A stretch of DNA of 64,000 nt from Verrucomicrobiota bacterium (lineage in GTDB: Bacteria; Verrucomicrobiota; Verrucomicrobiia; Limisphaerales; Palsa-1400): the NCBI GenBank assembly GCA_049510745.1, contig JBEKYR010000003.1, forward strand, positions 96,001-160,000, written 5' to 3'. The position numbers and the translations under genes are program-made. Positions 1-10,374 of the stretch are shown here, piece by piece (positions within the stretch are counted from its first letter, which is position 1; each line of letters starts with the position of its first letter). The notes under the pieces are model-generated. The model did not search any database. It had not been told where the DNA came from and saw only the letters and a program-made list of their open reading frames with translations.

Positions 1-95
1 TGCGGGCGCGCCTGGAAAAACTGGGGGGACGTTTTGAAGTCGCCAGTAAAACGGGCGAGGGAACGACGGTGCGCTTTGACCTGCCCTTGCGCTGA
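1..95 (+). CDS. Sensor histidine kinase, C-terminal fragment (HATPase end; NarX/UhpB-like)
   Basis: Reads ...RARLEKLGGRFEVASKTGEGTTVRFDLPLR* (stop 93-95), a typical HATPase_c G2-box ending, directly upstream of a NarL-type regulator; truncated by the window edge. Confidence 0.8.
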   Translation, partial: RARLEKLGGRFEVASKTGEGTTVRFDLPLR

Positions 96-101
96 GAGGT
101 T

Positions 102-734
102 ATGACCCGCATCGCCATCGTCGAGGACAACAAAGTCATCCGTGAAAGCCTCATGGAATTTGTCAAGGCGGATGCGGAATGCGAATGCGTGTATGCGTGC
201 GCGACGGCCGAGGAAGCCCTCAAAGAGATGCCAAAGCACGAGCCGGACATCGTGCTGATGGACATTCAATTGCCTGATATTTCAGGCATCGATTGCACGG
301 CCCGGCTGAAACAATTGCTGCCCGCCGTCCAGATCATCATCGTCACTGTTTATGAAGACACCGAACGCATTTTCAAGGCCTTGCGCGCCGGGGCCTGCGG
401 CTACATTTTGAAACGGTCCGCCCCCGAAGAACTCATTTCCGCCATCCACGAGGTGCGGCAGGGGGGCGCGCCCATGTCGCGGGAAATTGCCCGCAAGGTG
501 ATTGTTTCCTTCCAGGAACCGGTGACCGCCGCCGCGGAGGTGGAGGGTCTTTCCCAGCGTGAAAACGAAATCCTCGAATTGGTGGCGGCTGGGCTTCCCA
601 ACAAGCTGATCGCCGCCCGGCTTGGCCTGACCGACGGCACCGTGCGCTGGCATCTCCGGCACGTCTATCACAAACTCCATGTGCGCTCACGAACCCAGGC
701 CACGCGCAAGTTCCTCGGAGCCAAGGCCGAATAG
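102..734 (+). CDS. NarL/FixJ-family response regulator (REC + LuxR HTH)
   Basis: IAIVEDN, VLMDIQLP, GACGYILK receiver motifs; LSQRENEILELVAAG...IAARLGL...VYHKLHV LuxR HTH. Confidence 0.95.
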   Translation: MTRIAIVEDNKVIRESLMEFVKADAECECVYACATAEEALKEMPKHEPDIVLMDIQLPDISGIDCTARLKQLLPAVQIIIVTVYEDTERIFKALRAGACGYILKRSAPEELISAIHEVRQGGAPMSREIARKVIVSFQEPVTAAAEVEGLSQRENEILELVAAGLPNKLIAARLGLTDGTVRWHLRHVYHKLHVRSRTQATRKFLGAKAE

Positions 735-737
735 CGT

Positions 738-2045
738 ATGCGGTTAAAACTTGGAGTTCTATTGGCGATGGCTTCCGTGTTTCCGGCCGTGACGGCCTCG
801 GCGGACGGCAGTTTCCTGGCCGGGGCGGACTTTTCCCTCCTGGCGTTCTTCGAATCCCGCGGCGTCACGTATAAAGATGGCGGACAGGTTCAGGACGGGA
901 TCCACATTCTCAAGGACCACGGCCTCAATTGCGTGCGGCTGCGGCTTTTCACCAGCAGCGCCGCCCAGGCCAAGGCGGACCCATACGATTACATCAACAA
1001 TGCCGCTTACACGGTGCCGCTGGCGGTGCGGGTCAAGAATGCCGGCTTGCGCTTCTCCCTGGATTTCCATTACTCCGACACTTGGGCCGACCCCGGTCAT
1101 CAAGCCACGCCCGCCGCCTGGACAAACCTTGACTTTGTCCAGCTTGTGCAACAGATGCGCGCTTACAACAGCAATACCATCGCGGCCTTCGCCGCCGCGG
1201 GAGCGATGCCCGATTATGTGCAGGTTGGAAATGAAATCAGCTCCGGCATGTTATGGCCCCTGGGAGAACTTTCGACCAACAGCGCGTCCTGGTCGCAGCT
1301 CGGCCAGTTAATGAAAGCGGCCATCCAGGGAATCCAGGACGCGGCGGGGGCGCGCATGCCTCAAATCATTGTTCATATTGACCGGGGCGGAGATTGGGCC
1401 GGCACCATGTGGTTTTTTGACAATCTGAACGCGCAATCCGTTCCTTTCGACATCATCGGCGAGAGTTATTATCCCTTTTTCCAGGGATCACCGGAAAGTC
1501 TGAGCAACTGCCTCAACAACGCGGCCGCCCGCTATGGCAAACCCATCATCGTGGCTGAGGACGGTTTTCCCTGGACCAACACCTGTCCGTCCGCCTGGAC
1601 GAACAGTCTTTACGGCTTCCCCCCCACCCCCGCCGGCCAGGTCAGCTTCATCGCGGCCCTGGCCCGGATCGTGAAAGGTGTGCCCAACCAACTCGGGGCC
1701 GGCTTTTTCTATTGGGGAGCCGAGTTTCAAGCGGTCAGCGACGTCAACGAGGCCGGTTACAATACGGCGTCGTTTTTTGACGCCAATGGCAATGTGCTGC
1801 CGGTGGCCGACGCGGTCGGCGGGATGGGCGCCCCTCTTTTGCTCAGCCCCTCCCTCGATGGCTCATCTCTGTGCCTGCAATGGCCGTTCAGCGGGGCGGC
1901 CTCGAAGTTGATGACCTCGACCAATCTGGCGCCGTCGGCGGTGTGGTCGTTTGTGACCGATTCGATTTATTCGACAGGAACGGTGTTTGCTGTCACCCTG
2001 CCGATCGGCAGCAATGTTTGTTTTTACCGGCTGCAATCGGACTGA
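738..2045 (+). CDS. GH53 arabinogalactan endo-beta-1,4-galactanase with signal peptide and C-terminal 'FYRL' domain
   Basis: GADFS, GLNCVRLRLF, LDFHYSDTWADPGHQ, VQVGNE, FDIIGESYYP, GFFYW are GH53 motifs; last ~70 aa are a separate beta-rich domain. Confidence 0.9.
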   Translation: MRLKLGVLLAMASVFPAVTASADGSFLAGADFSLLAFFESRGVTYKDGGQVQDGIHILKDHGLNCVRLRLFTSSAAQAKADPYDYINNAAYTVPLAVRVKNAGLRFSLDFHYSDTWADPGHQATPAAWTNLDFVQLVQQMRAYNSNTIAAFAAAGAMPDYVQVGNEISSGMLWPLGELSTNSASWSQLGQLMKAAIQGIQDAAGARMPQIIVHIDRGGDWAGTMWFFDNLNAQSVPFDIIGESYYPFFQGSPESLSNCLNNAAARYGKPIIVAEDGFPWTNTCPSAWTNSLYGFPPTPAGQVSFIAALARIVKGVPNQLGAGFFYWGAEFQAVSDVNEAGYNTASFFDANGNVLPVADAVGGMGAPLLLSPSLDGSSLCLQWPFSGAASKLMTSTNLAPSAVWSFVTDSIYSTGTVFAVTLPIGSNVCFYRLQSD

Positions 2046-2097
2046 TCGTTGGGAGACCGGCCAATTCTCCCGGCAAAAGAAATTTTAAAATGGAAAA

Positions 2098-4314
2098 ATG
2101 AACCCCCTCGAGATTCACTGGACCTCTATTCGCGCGTGGTTTCTCGCGGCCATCGCTTTGTTTCTCGCCGCGGGTTGCGCGAGCCACACCAAGGCCAAAG
2201 CCGCCGCTCCCGCAAGGAGCGATGCGGGCGCGCAAATGGACCAGGCCAAAACGCAGGCCGTTGCTCCCATGGCGGTGTTTGGAACGCCAGGAATCCAACT
2301 CCAGCCTTTCACGATGAATCACCGCCAGGGCGCGGACTCGGTCATCAATCTGTCCTTTTTGTTGGAGGCGCCCGCCGGCAGGGACGGCTTCATTCGCGTT
2401 CAAGGCAGCCACCTGATCAAACCCGACGGCCGCCCCATCCGCTTCTGGGGATTCAATCTGACGGAGTGGAGCCGGGGTTCGGTCGAAATCCCGCCGAAAG
2501 AGGATGCGCCGATGTGGGCGGCCACGCTGGCGCGCTTTGGCGTCAATCTTGTCCGGCTCCATTTCCTCGATCTTGCCGCGCCCCGCGGGATGATTGACGC
2601 GACGCGCGACGACACCCAACATTTCGATCTGGCCCAACTCGACAAGGAGGATTTTTTCATTTCGGAACTGTTAAAGCGGGGCATCTACGTTGATTTGAAC
2701 CTCAACGTCGGACGGGGCGCCAAGGCCGGCGACAATGTCCTGGTCGTCCAGAACCGCATCGCCAAGGGGCCTTTATTGTTTGACAAGCGCCTGATTGAAC
2801 TGGAGAAAGATTACGCCCGCCAGCTTCTCACCCACACCAACCCCTACACGAAGAGAGCTTACGCGGATGAGCCGGGGGTGGCGATGGTTGAGATTGTGAA
2901 CGAGGACGCCATCTACCCCGGTTGGAGCGCGAACAACGCCTACGACCAGGAACTGACCGACCTTTACAACGCCTGGCTGCAAAAGAACCTCGGCCCCGAA
3001 AAGTTGGGCAAACTTCGCGAACTGGCCGGGGCCGCCGATGATCAGCCGGTCCCGCGCCTCAAGGGTGCGGCGATACGAAACGCCCCGAAAGAACGATATT
3101 ATACCGAGTGCGAATTCTTCGGCGAGCTGGAGTCGGGATTTTTTCTCGGAATGCGGTCCTATTTGAAAGACACGTTGAAAGTGAAATGCCCGGTCATTGC
3201 CACCGCGGACCACTCCCACTCGGGATCCGGTTACCCGTTGGTGGCGGATACGTCGCGGTTGGATATCGTCGATGGCCACACCTACTGGCAGCACCCGGGC
3301 GAGAGGGATTTCAAAAACGCTCCGATGGTCAATGATCCGTTCAACTCGACCGTCGTGGAACTTTCACGCACGGCGGTGGCCGGGAAACCTTACACGGTCA
3401 GCGAGGTGAACCATCCGTTCCCCAATCAGTTCGCCAGCGAAGGGATTCCGATCCTGGCCGCCTACGCCGGTTTTTTGGATTGGAGCGCTGTGGTGTGGTA
3501 CACGTTCGAGCCGAAGCGCGATCCCACCTGGAGTCCGTTCATCGGCGATCCCTTCGACATGTCGCTGGATCCAATCAAAATGCCGCAAATGGCGGCGGGC
3601 GCATTGATGTTCATTCGCGGCGACCTCGAACCGGCGAAACAAACCATCGAACGTTCCTATTCGCGCGAGCAGGTCCTGGACAGCCGGCTCCTCCCAGCCA
3701 CGGAACGGCCTTATTTCACGCCGGGATTTCCGCTCGCGACGCCGTTGCTGCATGGGTCGCGCATTGGCTCGCTTGCCGGTGAACCGACCGCCGCCCTCAG
3801 GGCCGGCGCTTCCAGCCCGTTCCGGAGCGATACCGGGCAACTGGTTTGGCGCACGAACTCCGAGCAAGGAGGCCTGGTAACCATTGACAGCCCGCGCTCG
3901 CAAGGTCTGGTCGGGTTTGTCAAAGCGAATCACCGGCGCGTGTCAAATCTGGCTGCCGATGTCACAAACGACTTCTGTGCCATTGTCGTCAATTCCCTCG
4001 AACCCACACCCATTTCCCGCGCGCGCCGAATGCTCCTGACGGCGTGTGCGCGCGTTGAAAACACCGGCCTGCAGTGGGACGCCCGACAGGCCCATCTGAC
4101 CGAGCAAGGGCGCTCACCCACTGTGATCGAGCCTGTGACCGGCACGATCACCCTTCGGAACCTGGAGCACGCCGTGAAGGTTACGGCCGAAGCCCTGGAC
4201 GGCTCCGGCCGGCCCATCGGCGCTCCCATTATTGCCAGGAAGACCGCGGCGGGCTGGAAGATTCCCGTGGGCAAGCCCGCGACCACCTGGTACGAAGTCA
4301 GCGTGGAAAGATGA
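2098..4314 (+). CDS. Putative lipoprotein glycoside hydrolase, clan GH-A (GH5-like)
   Basis: Lipobox-like LAAGC; RFWGFNL, GVNLVRLHFLD, EIVNE (acid/base) and KPYTVSE (nucleophile) motifs; exact family not resolvable. Confidence 0.7.
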   Translation: MNPLEIHWTSIRAWFLAAIALFLAAGCASHTKAKAAAPARSDAGAQMDQAKTQAVAPMAVFGTPGIQLQPFTMNHRQGADSVINLSFLLEAPAGRDGFIRVQGSHLIKPDGRPIRFWGFNLTEWSRGSVEIPPKEDAPMWAATLARFGVNLVRLHFLDLAAPRGMIDATRDDTQHFDLAQLDKEDFFISELLKRGIYVDLNLNVGRGAKAGDNVLVVQNRIAKGPLLFDKRLIELEKDYARQLLTHTNPYTKRAYADEPGVAMVEIVNEDAIYPGWSANNAYDQELTDLYNAWLQKNLGPEKLGKLRELAGAADDQPVPRLKGAAIRNAPKERYYTECEFFGELESGFFLGMRSYLKDTLKVKCPVIATADHSHSGSGYPLVADTSRLDIVDGHTYWQHPGERDFKNAPMVNDPFNSTVVELSRTAVAGKPYTVSEVNHPFPNQFASEGIPILAAYAGFLDWSAVVWYTFEPKRDPTWSPFIGDPFDMSLDPIKMPQMAAGALMFIRGDLEPAKQTIERSYSREQVLDSRLLPATERPYFTPGFPLATPLLHGSRIGSLAGEPTAALRAGASSPFRSDTGQLVWRTNSEQGGLVTIDSPRSQGLVGFVKANHRRVSNLAADVTNDFCAIVVNSLEPTPISRARRMLLTACARVENTGLQWDARQAHLTEQGRSPTVIEPVTGTITLRNLEHAVKVTAEALDGSGRPIGAPIIARKTAAGWKIPVGKPATTWYEVSVER

Positions 4315-4408
4315 GCGGCAAAACGCTCCGCGCCGGGAGCGCGGCGGACTGATCCTCCGCAGAACTCACACGGACCGCCGCGGAGTTGGACAAACAAAGG
4401 ACGCGGCG

Positions 4409-4425
4409 GTAATAATTGGGTAACA
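4409..4425 (+). promoter_or_regulatory. OmpR/PhoB-type direct repeat GTAATA-N5-GTAACA
   Basis: Half-sites at 4409 and 4420 (11-bp period) just upstream of an operon encoding an OmpR-family regulator. Confidence 0.5.
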
Positions 4426-4441
4426 ATCGGGCCGCAGGTTT

Positions 4442-5908
4442 GTGCGCATGAAAATAAAATATTCATTCCGGCCAGGGCGGGCAGCCAAAACGTTGCTCGC
4501 GCTTTCCTTCACCGCAACCCTGCTCGCCACCGCCCCGGCGGCGCGGGCGGATTCACCTTCCGATCTTCTCGAACAGGGAATCTATTCGGAACAGACCAAA
4601 GGCGACCTCGACGGCGCCATGCAGTTGTATCAAAAAGTCATCGCCCAGGCCAAATCGAACCAGGCCCTGGCCGCCCAGGCCCAGTATCATCTGGGCGCTT
4701 GCTATTACAAAAAGCAGGATTTCACCAACGCCAACGCGGCCTTTGAATCCGTGATTAAAGATTATCCCGGCGAAACAAACATCGTCGCCCTGGCCCGCAA
4801 GTATCTCGCCTCCGCCACCGCGCTCCAGCCGGTTCCCTGGGTGGATGACGAGGACATGCGGCTGGATCTCAGACTGGCGGGCGGGTTGAAGGTCGGCTCG
4901 GCCGATTACAGCGTCCGCGCCGGCGAGACCAACGGCCAAAAAACCTGGCGCTTTAGCTCGCGCGTCGAGGCCGCCGGCAGCCAGTCCGTCAGCCATGTCG
5001 AAGCCGAAGCCGGCACGCTCAAACCGCTGCACAGCGTTTGGAAGCACTCCTTGCTCGGGGAAGTCGAGACCGTCTATTACCCGGACCACGCCGACTTGAC
5101 GACGGCCGGCAAAGCAGAGACCAAGAAGCTGGAGTTCGATGGCACGGTTCTTGACAACGAAGAGGTGGTGCAATGGATGCGCTGCCTGCCGCTGGCGGAC
5201 GGATACAAGACCAGCCAGCAGATTCTGACCGGTCTGGGTTGCCAAATGGTCCCGCTGAAATTCGAGGTCAGCGGCCCGGAGCAGGTCCAGGTCCCCGCGG
5301 GGACCAACGATTGTTACAAGGTCGAGTTGAACATTGGCCAGACCTTCTGGTATTCGAGCGATGCCAAACATTATCTGGTCAAATTTGAAGGTGGCGGCGT
5401 CATCGGCGAATTGACCGGCGTCACGCAGCGGGCGCCCGGCGAAAAGGCCGCCTACAGCGATTCCACGTTCGGCTTTTCCCTGACCGCACCCGCCGGCTGG
5501 TCGTTTGACAAGGAGGAGATCGACAAGACAAACAAGACCGGTGTCACTATTCTCGATCCCCAAGGCCTGGCGGCGAGCGATTTGGCCGTGCAAACGATGA
5601 GCACGCTCAAGGCTGACGAGACGAACTCACTGCGCACGTTTGCCAATGCCAGGCTGGCGGAGGACGCCAAGATTTTGAAAGACTTCAAGGTGCGCTCCGA
5701 TAGCTGGCAGGACCGGACGGTTGCCGGGCAACCGGCGGTCGGCGTCGTGAGCGATTACATGGTTGGAAAGGCGAAGAAGGTGCTTTACCATGTTTGGAGT
5801 TTTGGTCCCACCAATGCCGCCTGCTTCTACACTCACGTCGCGGCCTCGGATTTTGACGGCTTCCGTCCGAAATTCGACGCGGTGGTTAATTCCTTTCAAA
5901 CCCCGTGA
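4442..5908 (+). CDS. Exported TPR protein with DUF3108-like beta domain
   Basis: Signal peptide ending ARA-D; TPR helices (AMQLYQKVI...AQAQYHLGACYYK); EQVQVPAGTNDCYKV...FWYSSD resembles DUF3108; start may be ATG 4448. Confidence 0.65.
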   Translation: MRMKIKYSFRPGRAAKTLLALSFTATLLATAPAARADSPSDLLEQGIYSEQTKGDLDGAMQLYQKVIAQAKSNQALAAQAQYHLGACYYKKQDFTNANAAFESVIKDYPGETNIVALARKYLASATALQPVPWVDDEDMRLDLRLAGGLKVGSADYSVRAGETNGQKTWRFSSRVEAAGSQSVSHVEAEAGTLKPLHSVWKHSLLGEVETVYYPDHADLTTAGKAETKKLEFDGTVLDNEEVVQWMRCLPLADGYKTSQQILTGLGCQMVPLKFEVSGPEQVQVPAGTNDCYKVELNIGQTFWYSSDAKHYLVKFEGGGVIGELTGVTQRAPGEKAAYSDSTFGFSLTAPAGWSFDKEEIDKTNKTGVTILDPQGLAASDLAVQTMSTLKADETNSLRTFANARLAEDAKILKDFKVRSDSWQDRTVAGQPAVGVVSDYMVGKAKKVLYHVWSFGPTNAACFYTHVAASDFDGFRPKFDAVVNSFQTP

Positions 5909-7758
5909 GAGCGGTTTTGCGCCATCTCTCCGTCAGCGCCAGCCGGCCCGCCAGTGGCTGGCTGACGCTGCTGTTGTTGCTGGCGGTGCTGGTGCCCTCC
6001 GCGTGCCTGCTCTGGTTTATGAACCAGGCCGTGCGCAACGAGCGCCTGGCCCTGCGCCAGCAATTGATGGACGCCTACCGCGACAATCTGGCGCTGGCGC
6101 GCAACCGCCTGGACTCTTACTGGAACAACGCCGCGCGCGCCTTCGACACGAATACTCTGCCCGCTCCCGCCCTGTTTGCCGCTGCCGTCCGCGCGGATGT
6201 GGCGGACGCTGTCATCTGTTTGGATTCCGCCGGCAAGGTGGTTTATCCCGACGCCGGCCGCCCCCTGGAACGGGAGGAAGAGGGGCCGCTGACCGAGTCA
6301 AAAGACCCGGCCGCCGCGGCGCAGCTTTTTGCCGGGAGGGCCGCCGACGCCACCAACGCAACCCTGGCCGCGCGCGCGCTGCAAGCCGAAGTCCGGTGCC
6401 TCCTGCAAGCGGGCAAAAAGGAAGAGGCGATCGCGGTCGTGACCAATTCACTGGCCGCGCCGCGGTTCGCGCAAGCAGCCGATGCGGACGGGAGATGGAT
6501 TGTTCCCAACACGGAGTTGATGGCGCTGGAAGCCGCCGGCGAATCGCGCCCGTTGCTGGAGCTATTGCGCGCCCAACTGCTCGATTACGACCGCCCGATG
6601 CCCGCGCCGCAACGGCGTTTCCTCATGCGCCGGACGCAACAACTGTTTCCGCGGCAGCCGGCCTTTCCGACCCTCGCCGCCGAAGAATTGGCGGCGGCTT
6701 ACCTGGAGGAGAGGCCGACGAATCTCTGGCAGATTGCCGCCGGCAACGGGCGTGTGCTCCTGCTGTTCAGGACGGACAGCCTGCCCCGGCGGCTGCGCGG
6801 CGCCATTGGACCGGACACGGCGTTGCTTTCCCCCGGCAAGGAGACCGGCAATTATCTGGTGGCCGATTCCGCCGGGACGAATCTGCCGGGATGGCGCCTG
6901 GCGCTGGCCTTGAACGACCGGCGGTTCGACGCGGCGGCGGAGGCGCAAATTGCAGCCTACTTCTGGGTGGGCATCCTGGTGCTGGCGGCGGTGGCCGTCC
7001 TGGCCGTCATTGCCGTGCGGTTGATTCGGCGGCAGGTGCAGGCCGCCCAACTCAGGAACGATCTGGTAGCCAACGTCACCCACGAACTCAAGACGCCGCT
7101 CTCCGCCATGCGCCTGCTGGTGGACACCTTGCTCAACGCCCCTGTTCTCCACGAACCCACCGCCCGCCAGTACCTTCAATTGATCGCCGCGGAAAACCTG
7201 CGCCTCAGCCGGCTGATCGACAATTTCCTGGCCTTCTCGCGCATGGAACGGAACAAGCGCGCCTTCGATTTCGCCCCGACCCCGCCAAAAGAGATTGTTG
7301 ACAGCGCCGCCGCCGCCGTCCGCGAACGGTTCCAGCCGCCCGAATGCCGTTTCGACGCGCGGGCCGCGCCCGATTTGCCGCCCATCTCCGCCGATGCCGG
7401 CGCCCTGGTCACCGCGCTGCTCAACCTTCTGGACAACGCCTACAAATACTCGGGCGACCGGAAGGAAATCACGCTGCGCGCCGAGGCCGGCAATGGCAGC
7501 GTCACCTTTGCGGTCAGCGACAACGGCATCGGTTTGGCCCCGCGCGAAACCAAACGGATTTTCAAGCGGTTTTACCAAGTGGACCGGCGCCTGGCGCGGA
7601 CAGGCGGCGGCTGCGGATTGGGTTTGAGCATTGTGCAGTTCATTGTCACGGCCCACCAGGGCACGGTGCGGGTGGAGAGCGAGCCGGGCCGCGGCAGCAC
7701 CTTTACCATCAGCATTCCGGCGGCCCGCGAGGCCGCCGCCACGGAAGGGGGCCGATGA
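5905..7758 (+). CDS. Membrane sensor histidine kinase (HisKA + HATPase)
   Basis: Two TM segments; H-box VTHELKTPL; NLLDNAYKYS, DNGIG, GCGLGLSI. Confidence 0.95.
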   Translation: MRAVLRHLSVSASRPASGWLTLLLLLAVLVPSACLLWFMNQAVRNERLALRQQLMDAYRDNLALARNRLDSYWNNAARAFDTNTLPAPALFAAAVRADVADAVICLDSAGKVVYPDAGRPLEREEEGPLTESKDPAAAAQLFAGRAADATNATLAARALQAEVRCLLQAGKKEEAIAVVTNSLAAPRFAQAADADGRWIVPNTELMALEAAGESRPLLELLRAQLLDYDRPMPAPQRRFLMRRTQQLFPRQPAFPTLAAEELAAAYLEERPTNLWQIAAGNGRVLLLFRTDSLPRRLRGAIGPDTALLSPGKETGNYLVADSAGTNLPGWRLALALNDRRFDAAAEAQIAAYFWVGILVLAAVAVLAVIAVRLIRRQVQAAQLRNDLVANVTHELKTPLSAMRLLVDTLLNAPVLHEPTARQYLQLIAAENLRLSRLIDNFLAFSRMERNKRAFDFAPTPPKEIVDSAAAAVRERFQPPECRFDARAAPDLPPISADAGALVTALLNLLDNAYKYSGDRKEITLRAEAGNGSVTFAVSDNGIGLAPRETKRIFKRFYQVDRRLARTGGGCGLGLSIVQFIVTAHQGTVRVESEPGRGSTFTISIPAAREAAATEGGR

Positions 7759-8438
7759 ACGCCGCCCGGATTTTAATCATCGAAGACGAGCCGGCCCTGC
7801 GGCGCGGCTTGAAGGACAATTTCGAGACCGAAGGTTACCGGGTCCGCACGGCCCAGGACGGGGAGGCGGGACTGGAGGCCCTGTTGCGGGAGCCGCCCGA
7901 CCTGCTGCTGCTGGACCTGATGCTCCCCAAGGTCAACGGCTACGAGATTTGCCGCACCGCCCGCTCCCGCCGCCTGGAGTTTCCCATCATCATGCTCACC
8001 GCCAAGGGACAGGAGGACGACATTGTCCGCGGCCTGGAACTGGGGGCCGACGATTATGTGACCAAGCCTTTCAGCATCCGCGAGCTGCTGGCGCGGGTCA
8101 AAGCGCTGCTCCGCCGCGGCGGCGCCGCTTCCTCCGAATACCTCTTCGGCGGCTGCCGCCTCGACTTGACAGCGCACAAACTCTTCCGCAACGGGGCCGA
8201 GGTGCCGCTGACGGCCAAGGAATTCCGCCTGCTCGAATTCTTTGCCAAACGCGCCGGCCGCGCCCTGACGCGGGACAGCATTCTGGACGCGGTCTGGGGC
8301 CAGGACATTCTGGTCAATGACCGCAGCGTGGACCGGTGCGTCACGACCTTGCGGGCGAAAATCGAGGCCGATCCGCACAACCCCGCCTTGATCCAGACGA
8401 TCCGCGATATCGGCTACCGCTTTGAGGCCCCCCCATGA
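7755..8438 (+). CDS. OmpR/PhoB-family response regulator
   Basis: ATG 7755 overlaps kinase stop (ATGA); ILIIEDE, LLDLMLP, GADDYVTKPF, winged helix LTAKEFRLL...IQTIRDIGYRF. Confidence 0.95.
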   Translation: MNAARILIIEDEPALRRGLKDNFETEGYRVRTAQDGEAGLEALLREPPDLLLLDLMLPKVNGYEICRTARSRRLEFPIIMLTAKGQEDDIVRGLELGADDYVTKPFSIRELLARVKALLRRGGAASSEYLFGGCRLDLTAHKLFRNGAEVPLTAKEFRLLEFFAKRAGRALTRDSILDAVWGQDILVNDRSVDRCVTTLRAKIEADPHNPALIQTIRDIGYRFEAPP

Positions 8439-9172
8439 TCGAAACCCGGCAATTGACCAAACTCTTTCACGACAAGAAACGCGGCGAGATTGCGGCCGTC
8501 GATCACGTCGATTTCCGTTGCGAGCCGGGCAGAGTCTTCGGCCTGCTGGGCGTCAACGGGGCCGGCAAGACAACCTGTCTCCGTTTGCTGGCCACGCTGC
8601 TCCGTCCCACTTCCGGCAGCGCCACGATCAACGGATTTGATGTTGTGCGCGAGCCGCAAAAGGCGCGGGCGAGCATCGGGTTTCTTTCCACCGCCACCGC
8701 GCTCTACGGGCGGCTGACGGCCTATGAAGTGGTCCAGTACTTCGGGCGGCTTCACGGCCTGGACGAGGCCGCGCTAGGCCCGCGCATCGACGCGCTTTTC
8801 CAGACGCTGGAGATGAACGAGTTCCGCGACCGCCGTTGCGACAAGCTCTCCACCGGCATGAAACAGAAAACCTCGATCGCCCGCACGCTGGTGCATGACC
8901 CGCCGGTGATGATCTTTGACGAACCGACCCTCGGTTTGGACGTGTTGACAGCGCGGACGGTCATCGGCTTCATTCGCGAGTGCGGCCACCGGGGCAAGAC
9001 CGTCATCTTTTCCACCCACGTGATGAGCGAGGCGGAAAAACTCTGCGACACCATCGCCATCATCCACGGCGGGCGGATTCTGGCCGAAGGAACGCTGGCG
9101 CAATTGCGGGAACGAGCCGGCCTGCAAAGCCTGGAAGACATTTTCATCAAAGTCGTGGAGGAAAAACCGTGA
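8435..9172 (+). CDS. ABC transporter ATP-binding protein, NatA-like
   Basis: Walker A GVNGAGKT, signature LSTGMKQK, Walker B MIFDEPT, FSTH switch. Confidence 0.9.
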   Translation: MIETRQLTKLFHDKKRGEIAAVDHVDFRCEPGRVFGLLGVNGAGKTTCLRLLATLLRPTSGSATINGFDVVREPQKARASIGFLSTATALYGRLTAYEVVQYFGRLHGLDEAALGPRIDALFQTLEMNEFRDRRCDKLSTGMKQKTSIARTLVHDPPVMIFDEPTLGLDVLTARTVIGFIRECGHRGKTVIFSTHVMSEAEKLCDTIAIIHGGRILAEGTLAQLRERAGLQSLEDIFIKVVEEKP

Positions 9173-10374
9173 ACCTGAATCCCATCGCCATCGTTTATTT
9201 CAAGGAATGGCGCGAGTTGTTGCGCGACCGGCGGACGATCATCTCCATGGTCGTCGTGCCCGTGCTCATCATGCCGGTCTTGATGGTCACGGTCGGGACC
9301 ACGGCCACGAAACTGGTCGGGAAGGCGCGGCAGGAAACTCCCAAGGTGATGCTGCTGGGCGGCGCGGATTCGCCGGAGACGACCGGGGCGTTGCGCGCGC
9401 TCAAAACGTTCCAGTTTGTCCCGGCCGCCCCGGATTTCACGAACCTCATTTCGGACAAGAAAATCGGCGCCGCCGTCGAGATTTCCGGGGGTTTTGACGC
9501 CGCGCTGGCGGCGGGGCGGAAGGCGGCCGTCCACATTTACACTTATGAAAGCGAACTGAGATCGACCATCGCGGCGGAATCCCTCGAACAATTCTTCCGG
9601 CATCGCCGCGACGACCTCATCAAACGGGGGCTGTCCGAGCGTCATCTCCCGGAAACAGTCTTGACACCGTTCTCCATCGAGCGGACCAATGTGGCGTCGC
9701 CCAGGAAAGTGACCGGCAACGTCGTCGGAATGATTCTGCCCTACATTGTGGTTTTGATGTGCCTGACAGGGGCGATTTATCCGGCGGTTGACCTGACGGC
9801 CGGCGAAAAGGAGCGCGGCACGCTGGAGACGCTTTTGTGCAGCCCGGTCCCGCGGCGCCATCTGGTGCTGGGCAAGGTGCTGGTGGTGCTGACGGTGTCG
9901 CTGGCGACCGGCTTCCTGGCCGTGGCTTCCAACGGCGTGGCGCTGCTCCTGATGAAACGGATGAGCATCGAGGCGGCCAAGGCGGCTGCCGCCATGCCGC
10001 TGGCGCTGGACCCGTTCTGCCTGGCCGCTTTTTGCGTGATGATGGTCCCGGTGGCGGCTTTTCTTTCGGCGCTGCTGATCGCAGCCGGCCTGTTCGCGCG
10101 CGGCACCAAGGAAGCCAACTCTTATGTGCAACCCCTCCTCATCTTGGTGATCATCCCGGCGGTGGTGGGGGCGCTGCCGGGCATCGAGATCAATTCCCGG
10201 CTGGCTCTGATTCCCATTCTGAACGTCAACCTGATCAGCAGGGAAATTCTGGCGGGAACCTGGCACTGGAATTACATCGCCCTCGTTTTTGGTTCGACCT
10301 GTCTTTATGCCGCGCTGGCCGTCGCCGCCGCCGTCGCGCTCTTCCAGCGCGAGGACGTTCTTTTCCGCACTTAA
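9169..10374 (+). CDS. ABC-2 type permease, NatB-like
   Basis: GTG 9169 overlaps upstream stop; KEWRELLRDRRT and AGEKERGTLETLL motifs, multiple TM helices. Confidence 0.9.
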   Translation: MNLNPIAIVYFKEWRELLRDRRTIISMVVVPVLIMPVLMVTVGTTATKLVGKARQETPKVMLLGGADSPETTGALRALKTFQFVPAAPDFTNLISDKKIGAAVEISGGFDAALAAGRKAAVHIYTYESELRSTIAAESLEQFFRHRRDDLIKRGLSERHLPETVLTPFSIERTNVASPRKVTGNVVGMILPYIVVLMCLTGAIYPAVDLTAGEKERGTLETLLCSPVPRRHLVLGKVLVVLTVSLATGFLAVASNGVALLLMKRMSIEAAKAAAAMPLALDPFCLAAFCVMMVPVAAFLSALLIAAGLFARGTKEANSYVQPLLILVIIPAVVGALPGIEINSRLALIPILNVNLISREILAGTWHWNYIALVFGSTCLYAALAVAAAVALFQREDVLFRT

